Positions 17,240 through 26,209 of a stretch of DNA of 64,000 nt are shown here, one piece after another (within the stretch, counting starts at the first letter, position 1; each line of letters opens with the position of its first letter). A model generated the notes under the pieces. The model made no database searches, had not been told where the DNA came from, and saw only the letters and a program-made list of their open reading frames with translations. Position numbers and translations under genes: made by a program. Origin of the DNA: Patescibacteria group bacterium (GTDB lineage Bacteria; Patescibacteriota; UBA1384; XYA2-FULL-43-10; 1-14-0-10-43-13). The stretch spans positions 198,177 through 262,176 of the forward strand of contig JBAYVE010000001.1 of NCBI GenBank assembly GCA_041674765.1, read 5' to 3'.

Positions 17240-17508
17240 TTTTCAACTTTCTTTTTGTATAAGTATTCTTTAATCATTCGCTTAATAAGTCTAGCTCCTT
17301 GGCTAGTTTTGAGATATTTTTCTCTTCGTCTGGCATCTTGCTCTTCCAAATAACTTTCGTAAAAAATTAATTTCCACGGTTTACCGTTCTTTGTTGAAAA
17401 ATTCAGCCCTTTATTATGTTCCGAGAGACGACGCTTGAGATCACTGCTATAACCGATGTAAAAACCATTGTTCTGTTCACTTTGTAATAGATAAACATAG
17501 TGGAACAT
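17236..17508 (-). CDS. GIY-YIG family nuclease
   Basis: HYVYLLQSEQNNGFYIGYSSDLKRRLSEHN, 90 aa. Confidence 0.8.
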   Translation of the reverse strand: MFHYVYLLQSEQNNGFYIGYSSDLKRRLSEHNKGLNFSTKNGKPWKLIFYESYLEEQDARRREKYLKTSQGARLIKRMIKEYLYKKKVEK

Positions 17509-17577
17509 AGTTATAAAATTTCTACTACCTGGTTTTTTAATATTTTTTTCATTTTCCTCCTAATGGTAAATTGACTG

Positions 17578-17850
17578 TCAATTGCCCTCTTGTTTTTGGC
17601 AATTGCCGTAACAATTTGTACAATCAGTAACACAATTGCGCACGCAAAAATTATTGCCTCCGCAACCCCCAACACAGCTGTTATACGCATAGTCGCAGCA
17701 TCTTCGGCAACTAGCAAAGCAATTAGTCGGAGCAACTTTTCCTGATGAAGCATAATTGTAAGCCAAAAAGCCGCCGACGAAGAGAACCAAGCCTACAGCA
17801 AAGCCTAGAATTGCCCCTTTGGTGATGAATTTATTCTTTTTAGTTTTCAT
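17578..17850 (-). CDS. membrane-anchored cysteine-rich protein (family member 3)
   Basis: MKTKKNKFITKGAILGFAVGLVLFVGGFLAYNY..APTN, then 17 Cys in 60 aa. Confidence 0.55.
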   Translation of the reverse strand: MKTKKNKFITKGAILGFAVGLVLFVGGFLAYNYASSGKVAPTNCFASCRRCCDYAYNSCVGGCGGNNFCVRNCVTDCTNCYGNCQKQEGN

Positions 17851-17956
17851 AATTTTATTAATAACCTATCTTTTATTGTTTGAGACCTGCCTTATGAGAA
17901 GGTCCGGAACTATAAAAACTCTCACTCTATTCGAAGAATGTTTTCTACTGCCTTGC

Positions 17957-18088
17957 TTAGAAATTAGTTGGCGGCAAAAGATCGATTTGATAATAAAATT
18001 TGAACACCAAATACAGCCCGATCAGACCAATGACAATACCAGCAATCAGGCCTGTCAAAAAGCTCGATGAAACTATTCTTTTCAACAT
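17957..18088 (-). CDS. truncated or leader-only member of the Cys-rich family (ends right after PPTNF)
   Basis: SD GGAGGGAG before the ATG. MLKRIVSSSFLTGLIAGIVIGLIGLYLVFKFYYQIDLLPPTNF-stop. Confidence 0.35.
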   Translation of the reverse strand: MLKRIVSSSFLTGLIAGIVIGLIGLYLVFKFYYQIDLLPPTNF

Positions 18089-18265
18089 TTTCTCCCTCCG
18101 TTTATAGAACAATATTAATTTATGTCTCATGCATTTTCCGTAGACCACGCTTCAGCGTGCTACAAATTCCTTCACGGAAAGTTTTTTTACTGACAAACTA
18201 AAGTTTGGTCTCCAAATATGTAAATCCCATATTTCCTCTATTATCCTAGCATTTGGTACCACTTG

Positions 18266-18326
18266 TCAAACACCCCCACCCTTCGCACAAGGCTACGGAG
18301 TGGCACGACATGTGGTGGGGCGTTTG
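18266..18326 (+). repeat. hairpin CAAACNCCCCA/TGGGGCGTTTG carrying the core insert
   Basis: CAAACACCCCCACCCTTCGCACAAGGCTACGGAGTGGCACGACATGTGGTGGGGCGTTTG. Confidence 0.55.
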
Positions 18327-18364
18327 AAATTAGAGATCTTAATCACATCAATTTTTGGAATTAT

Positions 18365-19030
18365 TTAACTTAACGGTTCAAATTTCTTCCATTTGCCCTC
18401 GGAAATCACCTCTATTCGGCCATCTGTTACGGCAACTGCCGAGTTGTCATCAATAGCATAAAAAGTTGATTTCAATTCATCCGCCAACACCTGAACTGTC
18501 TCATCTGTATATTGAGGACGGTTTGGATTGTAAAAGTGAGGCCTGATGCTGAAATCGACATATTCTAAGCCCTTGTCTCCTTCGAATTCTGGAATTTCCT
18601 CAACATATTTCTTAGGTGCTGTTGAAACGATCACCTTCCCCAAAATTACAGAGCCGGCGCTGCAACCAACATAAACTTTTTCTTTAATCAAATCCTTCAG
18701 AATTTCTGTCAAACCGGCTTTCTCCATCCAGTAAATCAAATGGTATGGGTTACCTCCGCCAACCATGATTGCATCGGCTTGTTTTAGTCTTGGAAGCCAG
18801 ATTTCTTTTGGGATGGCGGAAAACTCAACAATATCTATCTTCCCGATTTTCATCTGATCGAGTTCGATTAAATTCTTGATAATCCAACGTTTATCAGTCG
18901 GTTTGGCCACGTTTACGGCTGTTGGAATATAAGCAACAGTCAAATCTTGCGGCGGTTTGCCGACCATCTCGAGAAATTTATTTTCTATCGATTTATTTGT
19001 AATACCTGTCGAGGTTAAAAGTAATTTCAT
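18365..19030 (-). CDS. peptidase S51 (dipeptidase E / cyanophycinase-like) family protein
   Basis: LLTSTG..YIPTA..GGNPYHL..VGCSAGSVI, 221 aa. Confidence 0.7.
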   Translation of the reverse strand: MKLLLTSTGITNKSIENKFLEMVGKPPQDLTVAYIPTAVNVAKPTDKRWIIKNLIELDQMKIGKIDIVEFSAIPKEIWLPRLKQADAIMVGGGNPYHLIYWMEKAGLTEILKDLIKEKVYVGCSAGSVILGKVIVSTAPKKYVEEIPEFEGDKGLEYVDFSIRPHFYNPNRPQYTDETVQVLADELKSTFYAIDDNSAVAVTDGRIEVISEGKWKKFEPLS

Positions 19031-19085
19031 ATAGTAATGATAACATAAGTTTTTGAAACATTTAATTATTTAGCTTAAATCATTG

Positions 19086-19143
19086 AACGGCCCCACCCTT
19101 CGCACAAGGCTACGGAGTGGCACGGCATGTAGCGGGGCGTTTA
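19086..19143 (+). repeat. second copy of the hairpin plus core-insert element
   Basis: ACGGCCCCACCCTTCGCACAAGGCTACGGAGTGGCACGGCATGTAGCGGGGCGTTTA. Confidence 0.55.
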
Positions 19144-19155
19144 ATGATATTAATT

Positions 19156-19362
19156 TTATTCACTTCTGTATTCCAAAATATCACCAGGCTGGCAGTCTAG
19201 CGCCTTGCAGACTGATTCTAAGGTTGAAAATCGAATCGCTTTTGCCTTGCCATTTTTGAGGATAGAAAGATTGGCCATCGTGATCCCGACTTTCTCCGAG
19301 AGTTCGGTAACGCTCATTTTCCGTTTGGCCAGCATCACATCGATATTGATGATAATTCCCAT
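19156..19362 (-). CDS. XRE-family helix-turn-helix transcriptional regulator (YozG-like)
   Basis: MLAKRKMSVTELSEKVGITMANLSILKNGKAKAIRFSTLESVCKALDCQPGDIL. Confidence 0.75.
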   Translation of the reverse strand: MGIIINIDVMLAKRKMSVTELSEKVGITMANLSILKNGKAKAIRFSTLESVCKALDCQPGDILEYRSE

Positions 19363-19370
19363 AGCACTCC

Positions 19371-19850
19371 TTAGACCGTGAGGTCGTTTTCTTTCTTAAT
19401 ATCGATGGCATTTTGAAACAGCTTCTGAAAGACTGCGGCAGCGGTGGCAACTACAAACGAAGCACCGACGATAACCAGGCCAATCAATGCTACCCCAGGC
19501 GCGTCGTCTAGCTCTGCCACAATAAATATGAATGGCAGGCACGCTGCATACAGGGCACCGATAATAGTGGCGCAATTTTTTATATTTTTCAACGCTTTGA
19601 CAGATAGTTCTGAGAAGGCAATATTTTTATCGATATAGGTCAAAAGTTTAAGCGCCTGAAACAAGGCGATATAAAAGGGGATAGTTGACGCGATCAAAAC
19701 TATTAAAATCGGCAGGAGCTGATACTGAACCGGCATAACATCTACCATTTCTCTGGCTATCGAGGGCAGCACAAATATGCATAAGGCAAGGACGGCTAGG
19801 CCAATGAGAATAATAACGCCTTTTAAGAACAGTGTTGATACTTGTTTCAT
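19371..19850 (-). CDS. DUF2975-like membrane protein, commonly paired with YozG-type HTH regulators
   Basis: Four TM helices. Immediately upstream of, and co-oriented with, the HTH gene. Confidence 0.5.
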   Translation of the reverse strand: MKQVSTLFLKGVIILIGLAVLALCIFVLPSIAREMVDVMPVQYQLLPILIVLIASTIPFYIALFQALKLLTYIDKNIAFSELSVKALKNIKNCATIIGALYAACLPFIFIVAELDDAPGVALIGLVIVGASFVVATAAAVFQKLFQNAIDIKKENDLTV

Positions 19851-19864
19851 AAAAATTACCTTAA

Positions 19865-20188
19865 CTATTTAATGATTAGTAATGTTGCAAATACGACAAA
19901 AGTTACCAAGAATAACCAAATAATACTGTAAATTGCTGATTTCACGCTCTCGGATTTTTTGTTTTCGAAAAATAGGTAAACGGCTGGTCCAAAAACTAAA
20001 CTTCCGACAATAGCAGCGGAGAGACAGAGGAGCAGAAGAATCGCAAAGGGAGCTAAATTGTTGTCTACTTTGCTAAATAACTGCTCTCCGTAGAACATGA
20101 GCTGTGAAATGCCAAAGACATAAGCCCCTGCAAGAAGGATGTTTCGCAGAGTTGCTAGCATTAATTTCTTATCCATAGGTTCTCTCAT
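19865..20188 (-). CDS. hypothetical membrane protein
   Basis: 107 aa with three hydrophobic helices. Same operon orientation as the two downstream genes. Confidence 0.4.
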   Translation of the reverse strand: MREPMDKKLMLATLRNILLAGAYVFGISQLMFYGEQLFSKVDNNLAPFAILLLLCLSAAIVGSLVFGPAVYLFFENKKSESVKSAIYSIIWLFLVTFVVFATLLIIK

Positions 20189-20344
20189 TTAACTTATATA
20201 TTAATCAGATGCTAGCAAACTATTTATCGTTTGTCAATAAATAAATATCGATAAAATTACCCTTCGGCTTTTCCAGACTTTCCTTATTTTTGACATAATT
20301 ATAAAAATGGCAGGAACCTTTCGGTTCCTGCCACGAATACAGCG

Positions 20345-20731
20345 TTAGAGTGTCGAGTTTATATCGCTCTGCCTTATCTGTCTGGCCATTCCCTCGACAA
20401 ACTGTGCAAGTTTGCCCTTTGTGTTGAAAGGGAATGGCTTGGGACGGTCATAGATCACCCCTTTGTACGTGACCGAGAGACGGTAACCTCTCACGACATC
20501 GTCATGAGACATTACCTTTATGTCTGCAGTCTCGAAATCAGTGATGGCGGCACCCAGACTTATCGCCTCCTCAACCACGGCAGCGCCATCTCGCGATGAA
20601 CATCGAGCCCCAACAGTTTTGCCCGCCAGGATTTGGCGCGGCACCGGCTGTTTTTGGCTCTGCGCTCCAAGACCGTAACCAATGGCTAAGCCAATGGTTA
20701 GGACAATAGCTATGACAAGCATTTTCGGCAT
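20345..20731 (-). CDS. hypothetical secreted protein (GC-rich gene)
   Basis: Signal peptide MPKMLVIAIVLTIGLAIGYGLGAQS. Confidence 0.4.
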   Translation of the reverse strand: MPKMLVIAIVLTIGLAIGYGLGAQSQKQPVPRQILAGKTVGARCSSRDGAAVVEEAISLGAAITDFETADIKVMSHDDVVRGYRLSVTYKGVIYDRPKPFPFNTKGKLAQFVEGMARQIRQSDINSTL

Positions 20732-21189
20732 TATACTTCCCTTTCACTCTCAGTATAATCATTGGCATGCTACCAATAATATAATCGATAATAGCACATT
20801 TCAAGTTTTTGTCAATAAATTTTTCCCGTGATTCCGAAAACCTTGCCATTTCCCTGTTTCTTATTGTTCGAGGAGGAACGACGAGAACTTTGGTTATTTG
20901 TTAGTACCGACAGACTTCTCATTTTTAAGAGTACCATTCGAAGAATAAATACATTTAATAGGGTTTTAAGGAATCACAGTTGTGTAATGTTTCAATACCT
21001 TGGAAACAGCTTTGCCTCTGGAATTATGTTCTAACCCAGAGCATGCGATCCAACGTGCCGTCCGCCTGGTGTATTGATCGGTCGACTGAAGCTTGACTAA
21101 ATAAAAAACAATCATCCTTTGATGATCATTTTTTATGTTACTTTTACACAGGGGACAAGAGTTCGAGCTATTGCCATAATCTAAACTGA

Positions 21190-22074
21190 TTAGGGTGCAA
21201 TATCTGTCTTATAATCCAGAGGCACTGCATCGGAGACTAGCTTTTGATCGGGAAATTCTTTTCTAATTTTCTCAATATCTTCCTTGTCCATTGACCAACC
21301 AAGCGCGCCTAAATTATCCTTTAAGTGAGTCAGATTACTTGTCTTCGAGAGCGTTATCACATTATCCTGTGAAATCAACCAGTTGATGGCTATTTGCGCA
21401 GTAGTTTTATCATATTTTTTGGCCATCTCTTCGATTAAAGGAGACTTTGGCAAAAGACCTTTTTGTAATGGCCTCCAAGCACTCAGCAGAATATCATTTT
21501 TCTGACAAAAATCGAGGACGCCCTTGTCTTCAGCTTCCCGATATTGAAGATTGTAGTGCACTTGATTGCATACAATCTTATTGACTGTATGCTTTTGTGC
21601 TTCGATAAGACGATTCGGGGTAAAATTGCAGACGCCAATATTTTTGACAGCTCCCTGATCTACCAAATTGTCCATTGCTTTCATTGTCTCTGAAATTGGA
21701 ATGCCTGGTTCAGGAAAAAAATGCAAGAGATAGAGATCGATGTAATCAGTCCCAATCCGTCTGAGGCTAGCTTCGAAAGAGTGAAGTAAATCATCATATT
21801 TTTGATTACGTCCGGTTACTTTCGTCGCGATTATCAGTTTTTTTCTATCAACACCCTTCAGGGCTTCTCCGAGCAATTCTTCTGCGTGCCCATTTCCGTA
21901 GATCTCTGCTGTGTCGATATGGGTAACACCCAAATTAATAGCACTATGAATTGCCTCGATCTCTTCCTTGTCTTTGCTTGTATCGGCTTCCCATCTACCG
22001 CCCATCTGCCATAGACCAAGACCGTAAACGGGCAATTCAAATCCATTTTTGAGTTTTTTTACTGGTATTTCCAT
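21190..22074 (-). CDS. aldo/keto reductase
   Basis: GLGLWQMGG, IDTAEIYGNGHAEELLG, typical AKR length. Confidence 0.85.
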   Translation of the reverse strand: MEIPVKKLKNGFELPVYGLGLWQMGGRWEADTSKDKEEIEAIHSAINLGVTHIDTAEIYGNGHAEELLGEALKGVDRKKLIIATKVTGRNQKYDDLLHSFEASLRRIGTDYIDLYLLHFFPEPGIPISETMKAMDNLVDQGAVKNIGVCNFTPNRLIEAQKHTVNKIVCNQVHYNLQYREAEDKGVLDFCQKNDILLSAWRPLQKGLLPKSPLIEEMAKKYDKTTAQIAINWLISQDNVITLSKTSNLTHLKDNLGALGWSMDKEDIEKIRKEFPDQKLVSDAVPLDYKTDIAP

Positions 22075-22136
22075 ATATAGATATTAACAGATGTTGAGTA
22101 TTAGTTCGAATCCAACGGCAGGGGCGCGAATGCTTG

Positions 22137-23285
22137 TTATTGACAGAATGAATCGCCGTCTTTTGTCATACCCTGATGTTGAAGTAGATTAAATTTTGCC
22201 TTATAGGTAGCTTGAAATGAGCTGGAAAAATAGTCATACGGGCACACTGCAGTTGTGTAAATGCTGCTTGTTTGGCTGCCGACATACCGATTGGGTTTGG
22301 TCGAATTGTAGACCCCAAAATCCAGTCCATTATTTAATACATAGGGTGGGCCGCCGCTATAGGCAAACAATTCACCGGCCTTAAGAATAATAGGCGGAGA
22401 AATCTCTATCTCTCCTGCGGCGTTCGGATCTGCCCCAAACGCATCCTTAATTTTATCGATTGGCTCTGTAACATGCGCCACCCGTAGCGTGACCTCGCAA
22501 GTGATGCGAAAATCAAAATAATATGGCCCGCCAGTATAATAATCCCCCTTGATTAGGACCATATCGACTGGTGCATAGAGTGGTACTCTCGAAGAAAACA
22601 CGTCTATATAACTATGGGTTTTTAAGTGTCCGCTCGGCTGTGCGACATTGGGGGGCGGTAGAATATTAGTGATATAACTCGGATCGATCAGCTGATTAGT
22701 AAACACTGGATTTGCGTTGCTTGTACATTTTGTGGGATCTACTACAGCAGGAGTCGATGATGCTTTCGGTGTTGTTTGAGTAGAGGCTGATGATGCCACT
22801 GTTTTTTTTGAGCTACTTTGAGCTGCTTTTTCCTTTGCCGCTTCGGCAGCCGCAGCTTCCTCCTCTGCTTTTTTCTTGGCTGCCGCCTCTTCGCCTGCTT
22901 TGACCTGGCATCCAAGTATCATACCTTGGGCCGGAGAAAATGACTTTGAGTCAGGAGTAATACCGCCTAACTTGTCGATGCATCCTTGCCAGTTATTTTC
23001 ACCGGTTAGTCTCTTCCCGTCGTCAAGAATGGTCGAGAAAACTTTTTCTTTTTCTGCATTATTCTTCTTGTTTAGAACCTCTTTCTTTTTCCAATGCGAA
23101 AGTGACCTCTCGTACAAAGAAGCCGCCTCGCCATAATTTCCATTGATGAACGACAAGTCTGCCGCTTTGTGATATTTCACGGATTGAGAATATTGAAAAC
23201 CGGCGAACCCGCCTCCTGCAAGACCAAGCGATCCAACTACGATAAGCGCAATAAATATCGGTAAAATACCTTTTGCTTTTTTCAA
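22137..23285 (-). CDS. hypothetical membrane-anchored protein with Ala/Glu/Lys-rich linker
   Basis: N-terminal TM helix. Low-complexity AAAKKKAEEEAAAAEAAKEKAA. C-terminal globular domain unassigned. Confidence 0.4.
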   Translation of the reverse strand: MKKAKGILPIFIALIVVGSLGLAGGGFAGFQYSQSVKYHKAADLSFINGNYGEAASLYERSLSHWKKKEVLNKKNNAEKEKVFSTILDDGKRLTGENNWQGCIDKLGGITPDSKSFSPAQGMILGCQVKAGEEAAAKKKAEEEAAAAEAAKEKAAQSSSKKTVASSASTQTTPKASSTPAVVDPTKCTSNANPVFTNQLIDPSYITNILPPPNVAQPSGHLKTHSYIDVFSSRVPLYAPVDMVLIKGDYYTGGPYYFDFRITCEVTLRVAHVTEPIDKIKDAFGADPNAAGEIEISPPIILKAGELFAYSGGPPYVLNNGLDFGVYNSTKPNRYVGSQTSSIYTTAVCPYDYFSSSFQATYKAKFNLLQHQGMTKDGDSFCQ

Positions 23286-23449
23286 TATTCCTCCGAGAAC
23301 TTAAAAGTATAAAGAAATTATATCAATATAAGTGTAGTTTGAAAAACTCTGTGCCAATAATCTTGTTATGGTTCTATGCATCCGTACCTGTGTATCTTTG
23401 CCTCGAAGTAGAGTAGCTGTAGTTGTGGCAACTATGCTATGATTATCTT

Positions 23450-23698
23450 ATGAAAATAAAACCAATTACAAAAAAGCCATGGTTTGGACCAAGGAAATTG
23501 GGCTGGGGATTTGCTCCTGTCACCTGGGAAGGCTGGGTCTCAATGTTGATACTTTTTGCGATTGTTCTCTACCTCATCACAACAAGGGCAACCGATCCTT
23601 ATCTAGTTTTTTATATCTTAAGTCTAGTTGCCGTGTTCACAATCTTTTGTTTCTTGACTGGCAGTAAGCCAGGCTACAAACCATTTGATAAAAAGTAG
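23450..23698 (+). CDS. hypothetical small membrane protein
   Basis: MKIKPITKKPWFGPRKLGWGFAPVTWEGW, then two TM helices. Confidence 0.35.
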   Translation: MKIKPITKKPWFGPRKLGWGFAPVTWEGWVSMLILFAIVLYLITTRATDPYLVFYILSLVAVFTIFCFLTGSKPGYKPFDKK

Positions 23699-23825
23699 AA
23701 CCCTTGCATCAAGAATTTTAATTCGCCACCATCTGGCATGTTGACCGGTCAAACTGAAGTTTGGGCTGCACAAAGAAGTGATAGCAAAAGCGGTATATTA
23801 GTTAAAAAATATTATAAGGAGAAGA

Positions 23826-24200
23826 GTGGGCAGCTATATAGAAATAAACGACACATTACAGATCAATAAAGAGCAGGGATTTCCTATCGATCTTGAAATT
23901 AGTAAGCATCTATCAAATCCTTACAAGGCAGAGGATTTTGAAGGCAAAGTGTTTAAATTTCAGGGCAAGCCAAGTATTAGATTTTATCACCAACCTCCCG
24001 TGAGAGTGTTTCTAGTTGAAAATATTGATGGCAAGTGGGTCTATTGGGGACTAGTTCATATCTTATCAATCACCCATAATTATATAGATAAAACAACTTC
24101 TGGCGAATATAAAATAATTTACTTAAATTCCCCGGAAGAGATGAAAAAGGCTCATGATTTAATAGATAGGAATCCAGAAACCAATTATTTTGTAAAATAA
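23826..24200 (+). CDS. hypothetical protein
   Basis: 124-aa ORF immediately upstream of the dehydrogenase gene. Stop and next start are 2 nt apart. Confidence 0.4.
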   Translation: MGSYIEINDTLQINKEQGFPIDLEISKHLSNPYKAEDFEGKVFKFQGKPSIRFYHQPPVRVFLVENIDGKWVYWGLVHILSITHNYIDKTTSGEYKIIYLNSPEEMKKAHDLIDRNPETNYFVK

Positions 24201-24202
24201 AT

Positions 24203-25099
24203 ATGAGAATAATTATTGCTCAAAATCTTAATTTCGATGATGACCAATTGGAAAAGTTGGGAAAACTTGGCAGCTTAAAGGTGTATGAAAACCCAAAATC
24301 TGAAGAAGAATGGCTAGAAAGGTGCCAGAATGCCGATATTATCTGCAGTGGCTCTAGATTTATGAAAACTGAAGTTTACGGCCTCACGAATAAATTCATT
24401 ACTATTCCAATGACTGGTTATTCCTGGCTAGACCTTGAAAAATTGAAAGAAAAAAACATCATTTTTGCGAATTGTCCAGGTTGTAATAAGTACGCCGTGA
24501 CCGAATGGATACTGGCAATGACCTTAGAATTAACACGTAAATTCACAAAGTTTATAAATACCAATAAGTCTTATGATATAAATTTTCCAAGCATTGGTCT
24601 TAAAGGCAAAAACATTGTCATCTTAGGAAAGGGTAGTATAGGAGCACTTACTGGTAATGTGCTTACTGCCCTTGGTTCGAGCGTTAGTTTTTATCAAAGA
24701 GGTGATAGTCTAGTAGGCAAGATTAAAAATGCTGACATTGTTATAAATTGTCTAAGTACAAATCCAACAACAATAGGACTACTAGATAAAAACTTTTTCG
24801 ATCATCTTAAAAAAGGTGTTTATTTTGTTACAACTACTCCTTCTGACATACTAGATCAAAAGTCAATGATGGGGGCTTTGGATCAGGGAATTATTGCTGG
24901 AATAGCAACGGACTGTGCTTCTGTGGGACCAAGAGATACTGCCGATCCCAGGTACATAGAAATGTCTTCTAATCCCAAAATTATCGCCACTCCTCATATT
25001 GCATGGTTCTCCGATACTTCAATTAAGGATGAAAATGATATTATGATTGACAACATCGAAGCTTGGATTGAAGGCAAGCCACAAAATATCATCACTTAG
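24203..25099 (+). CDS. D-isomer-specific 2-hydroxyacid dehydrogenase family protein
   Basis: NAD-binding ILGKGSIGALTGNVLTALGS. C-terminal ATPHIAWFS. Confidence 0.65.
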   Translation: MRIIIAQNLNFDDDQLEKLGKLGSLKVYENPKSEEEWLERCQNADIICSGSRFMKTEVYGLTNKFITIPMTGYSWLDLEKLKEKNIIFANCPGCNKYAVTEWILAMTLELTRKFTKFINTNKSYDINFPSIGLKGKNIVILGKGSIGALTGNVLTALGSSVSFYQRGDSLVGKIKNADIVINCLSTNPTTIGLLDKNFFDHLKKGVYFVTTTPSDILDQKSMMGALDQGIIAGIATDCASVGPRDTADPRYIEMSSNPKIIATPHIAWFSDTSIKDENDIMIDNIEAWIEGKPQNIIT

Positions 25100-25197
25100 T
25101 TCGAACCTAGGTTTTGCTATTTTGGTACGGTTCTCTACTTGTCGACCGTAGCCTTATGCGAAGGTTGATTTGAATACGGTTTTAGCAATAAACTGAC

Positions 25198-25221
25198 AAA
25201 CGCCCCATGTGGTGGGGCGTT
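25198..25221. repeat. short form of the CAAACGCCCCA hairpin (no core insert)
   Basis: AAACGCCCCATGTGGTGGGGCGTT. Possible bidirectional terminator. Confidence 0.5.
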
Positions 25222-25248
25222 CTAAAAAAGGGATAAAATGACCATAAT

Positions 25249-25290
25249 AAAACACCAATTTCTTGGTGTTTTTATAATGGCTCTGCACAG
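25249..25290 (+). repeat. composite hairpin + tRNA-Asn 3'-like repeat, unit A (degenerate)
   Basis: AAAACACCAATTTCTTGGTGTTTT TATAATGGCTCTGCACAG. Confidence 0.45.
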
Positions 25291-25428
25291 TAGATGAAGT
25301 TCGAACTGTAACCGCTGAATCGGTCACAATAATTAAAATTTAATTACTCTGACCGATTCCATACCTTACTTTATTGGGGTATGGAACGGTAACACTGGCC
25401 CGCAGACGATTATTCCTTGCTGTATGTC

Positions 25429-25905
25429 TTAGGGGTTACTGTGTCGTTCAACGAACTCTTTAATCAGGAACAGCGCGTCATCGGGGTCGTCATATATCTT
25501 GCAATCCATCAAGGGCTGCACGAATTGTGATCCTTTCTTGCCCCGAGTGTAACCAGAGATCTTATCGGGGTCAACCCTGGTCGACCACAGGCACAGAACT
25601 GGTTTTCCATGATGTAATGCATCAGAGATTTCACTACCAACTCCGAGGCTGGGGTTGCTAATCTCAAAAATGCAAACATCTGAGCGAAAAATTCGCTCAT
25701 ACTCACGATCGTGGACTTCTGTCGGAGCGAGCATAATTTCTTGGCTCACAATGCCGGGCTGGGTTTGATGCTTTGTTGCAAGTTGAAAACCGAGCTTGGT
25801 TTCAATGGATTCTTGGATTGAACGTAACTCGTCCTGAGAAACCGCTCCACATCCACCTCTCATTGAACAACCGAAGAAAACAACGGGTTGATTTTCACTC
25901 ATCAA
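25429..25905 (-). CDS. 2'-deoxynucleoside 5'-phosphate N-hydrolase (DNPH1/Rcl-like; nucleoside 2-deoxyribosyltransferase superfamily)
   Basis: VFFGCSMRGG.., EISNPSLGVGSEISDAL, GKPVLCLW align with the DNPH1 YFCGSIRGG / PSLGVGYELG / ILCLF blocks (recalled from memory). Confidence 0.6.
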   Translation of the reverse strand: MMSENQPVVFFGCSMRGGCGAVSQDELRSIQESIETKLGFQLATKHQTQPGIVSQEIMLAPTEVHDREYERIFRSDVCIFEISNPSLGVGSEISDALHHGKPVLCLWSTRVDPDKISGYTRGKKGSQFVQPLMDCKIYDDPDDALFLIKEFVERHSNP

Positions 25906-26027
25906 GGTTACCTCCGTTCATAATATAACATAAATGTCTTAATTTAGCAAATTGAGTCTCTCAACAGCAGGCGGTATTTTTCAGCGCCTTGGAAACAATT
26001 CTAGTTCGAGTTTACAGCGGGTAACAC

Positions 26028-26073
26028 AAAAAATAACTAGTCCTAGACTAGTTATTTTTATGGCTCCCCGAAC
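26028..26073 (+). repeat. composite repeat unit B: perfect 13-bp-stem hairpin + tRNA-Asn 3'-end fragment
   Basis: AAAAATAACTAGTCCTAGACTAGTTATTTTTA TGGCTCCCCGAAC. Confidence 0.6.
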
Positions 26074-26209
26074 CCTCCTTCGCTTTTTATGCTACGGAGG
26101 GGCAGGCTGGATTTATCACATCTCTACAAAAAACCATCCCGCATAGCCAACATAAAGTTGGCAACGTGGGATGGCTCCGTACAGCGAACGAAGTTCAAAC
26201 TAACGCCAT

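Noticed and set aside
17511-18070. ORFs 17511..17753(-) and 17819..18070(+) overlapping the Cys-rich family genes
   Set aside because: They are out-of-frame overlaps of ORFs that have a conserved family signature. No independent support.
22093-22136. Possible tRNA between the AKR gene and the next ORF (AGTTCGAATCCAAC)
   Set aside because: Only a T-loop-like fragment. No acceptor, D or anticodon arms can be folded in the 60-nt gap.
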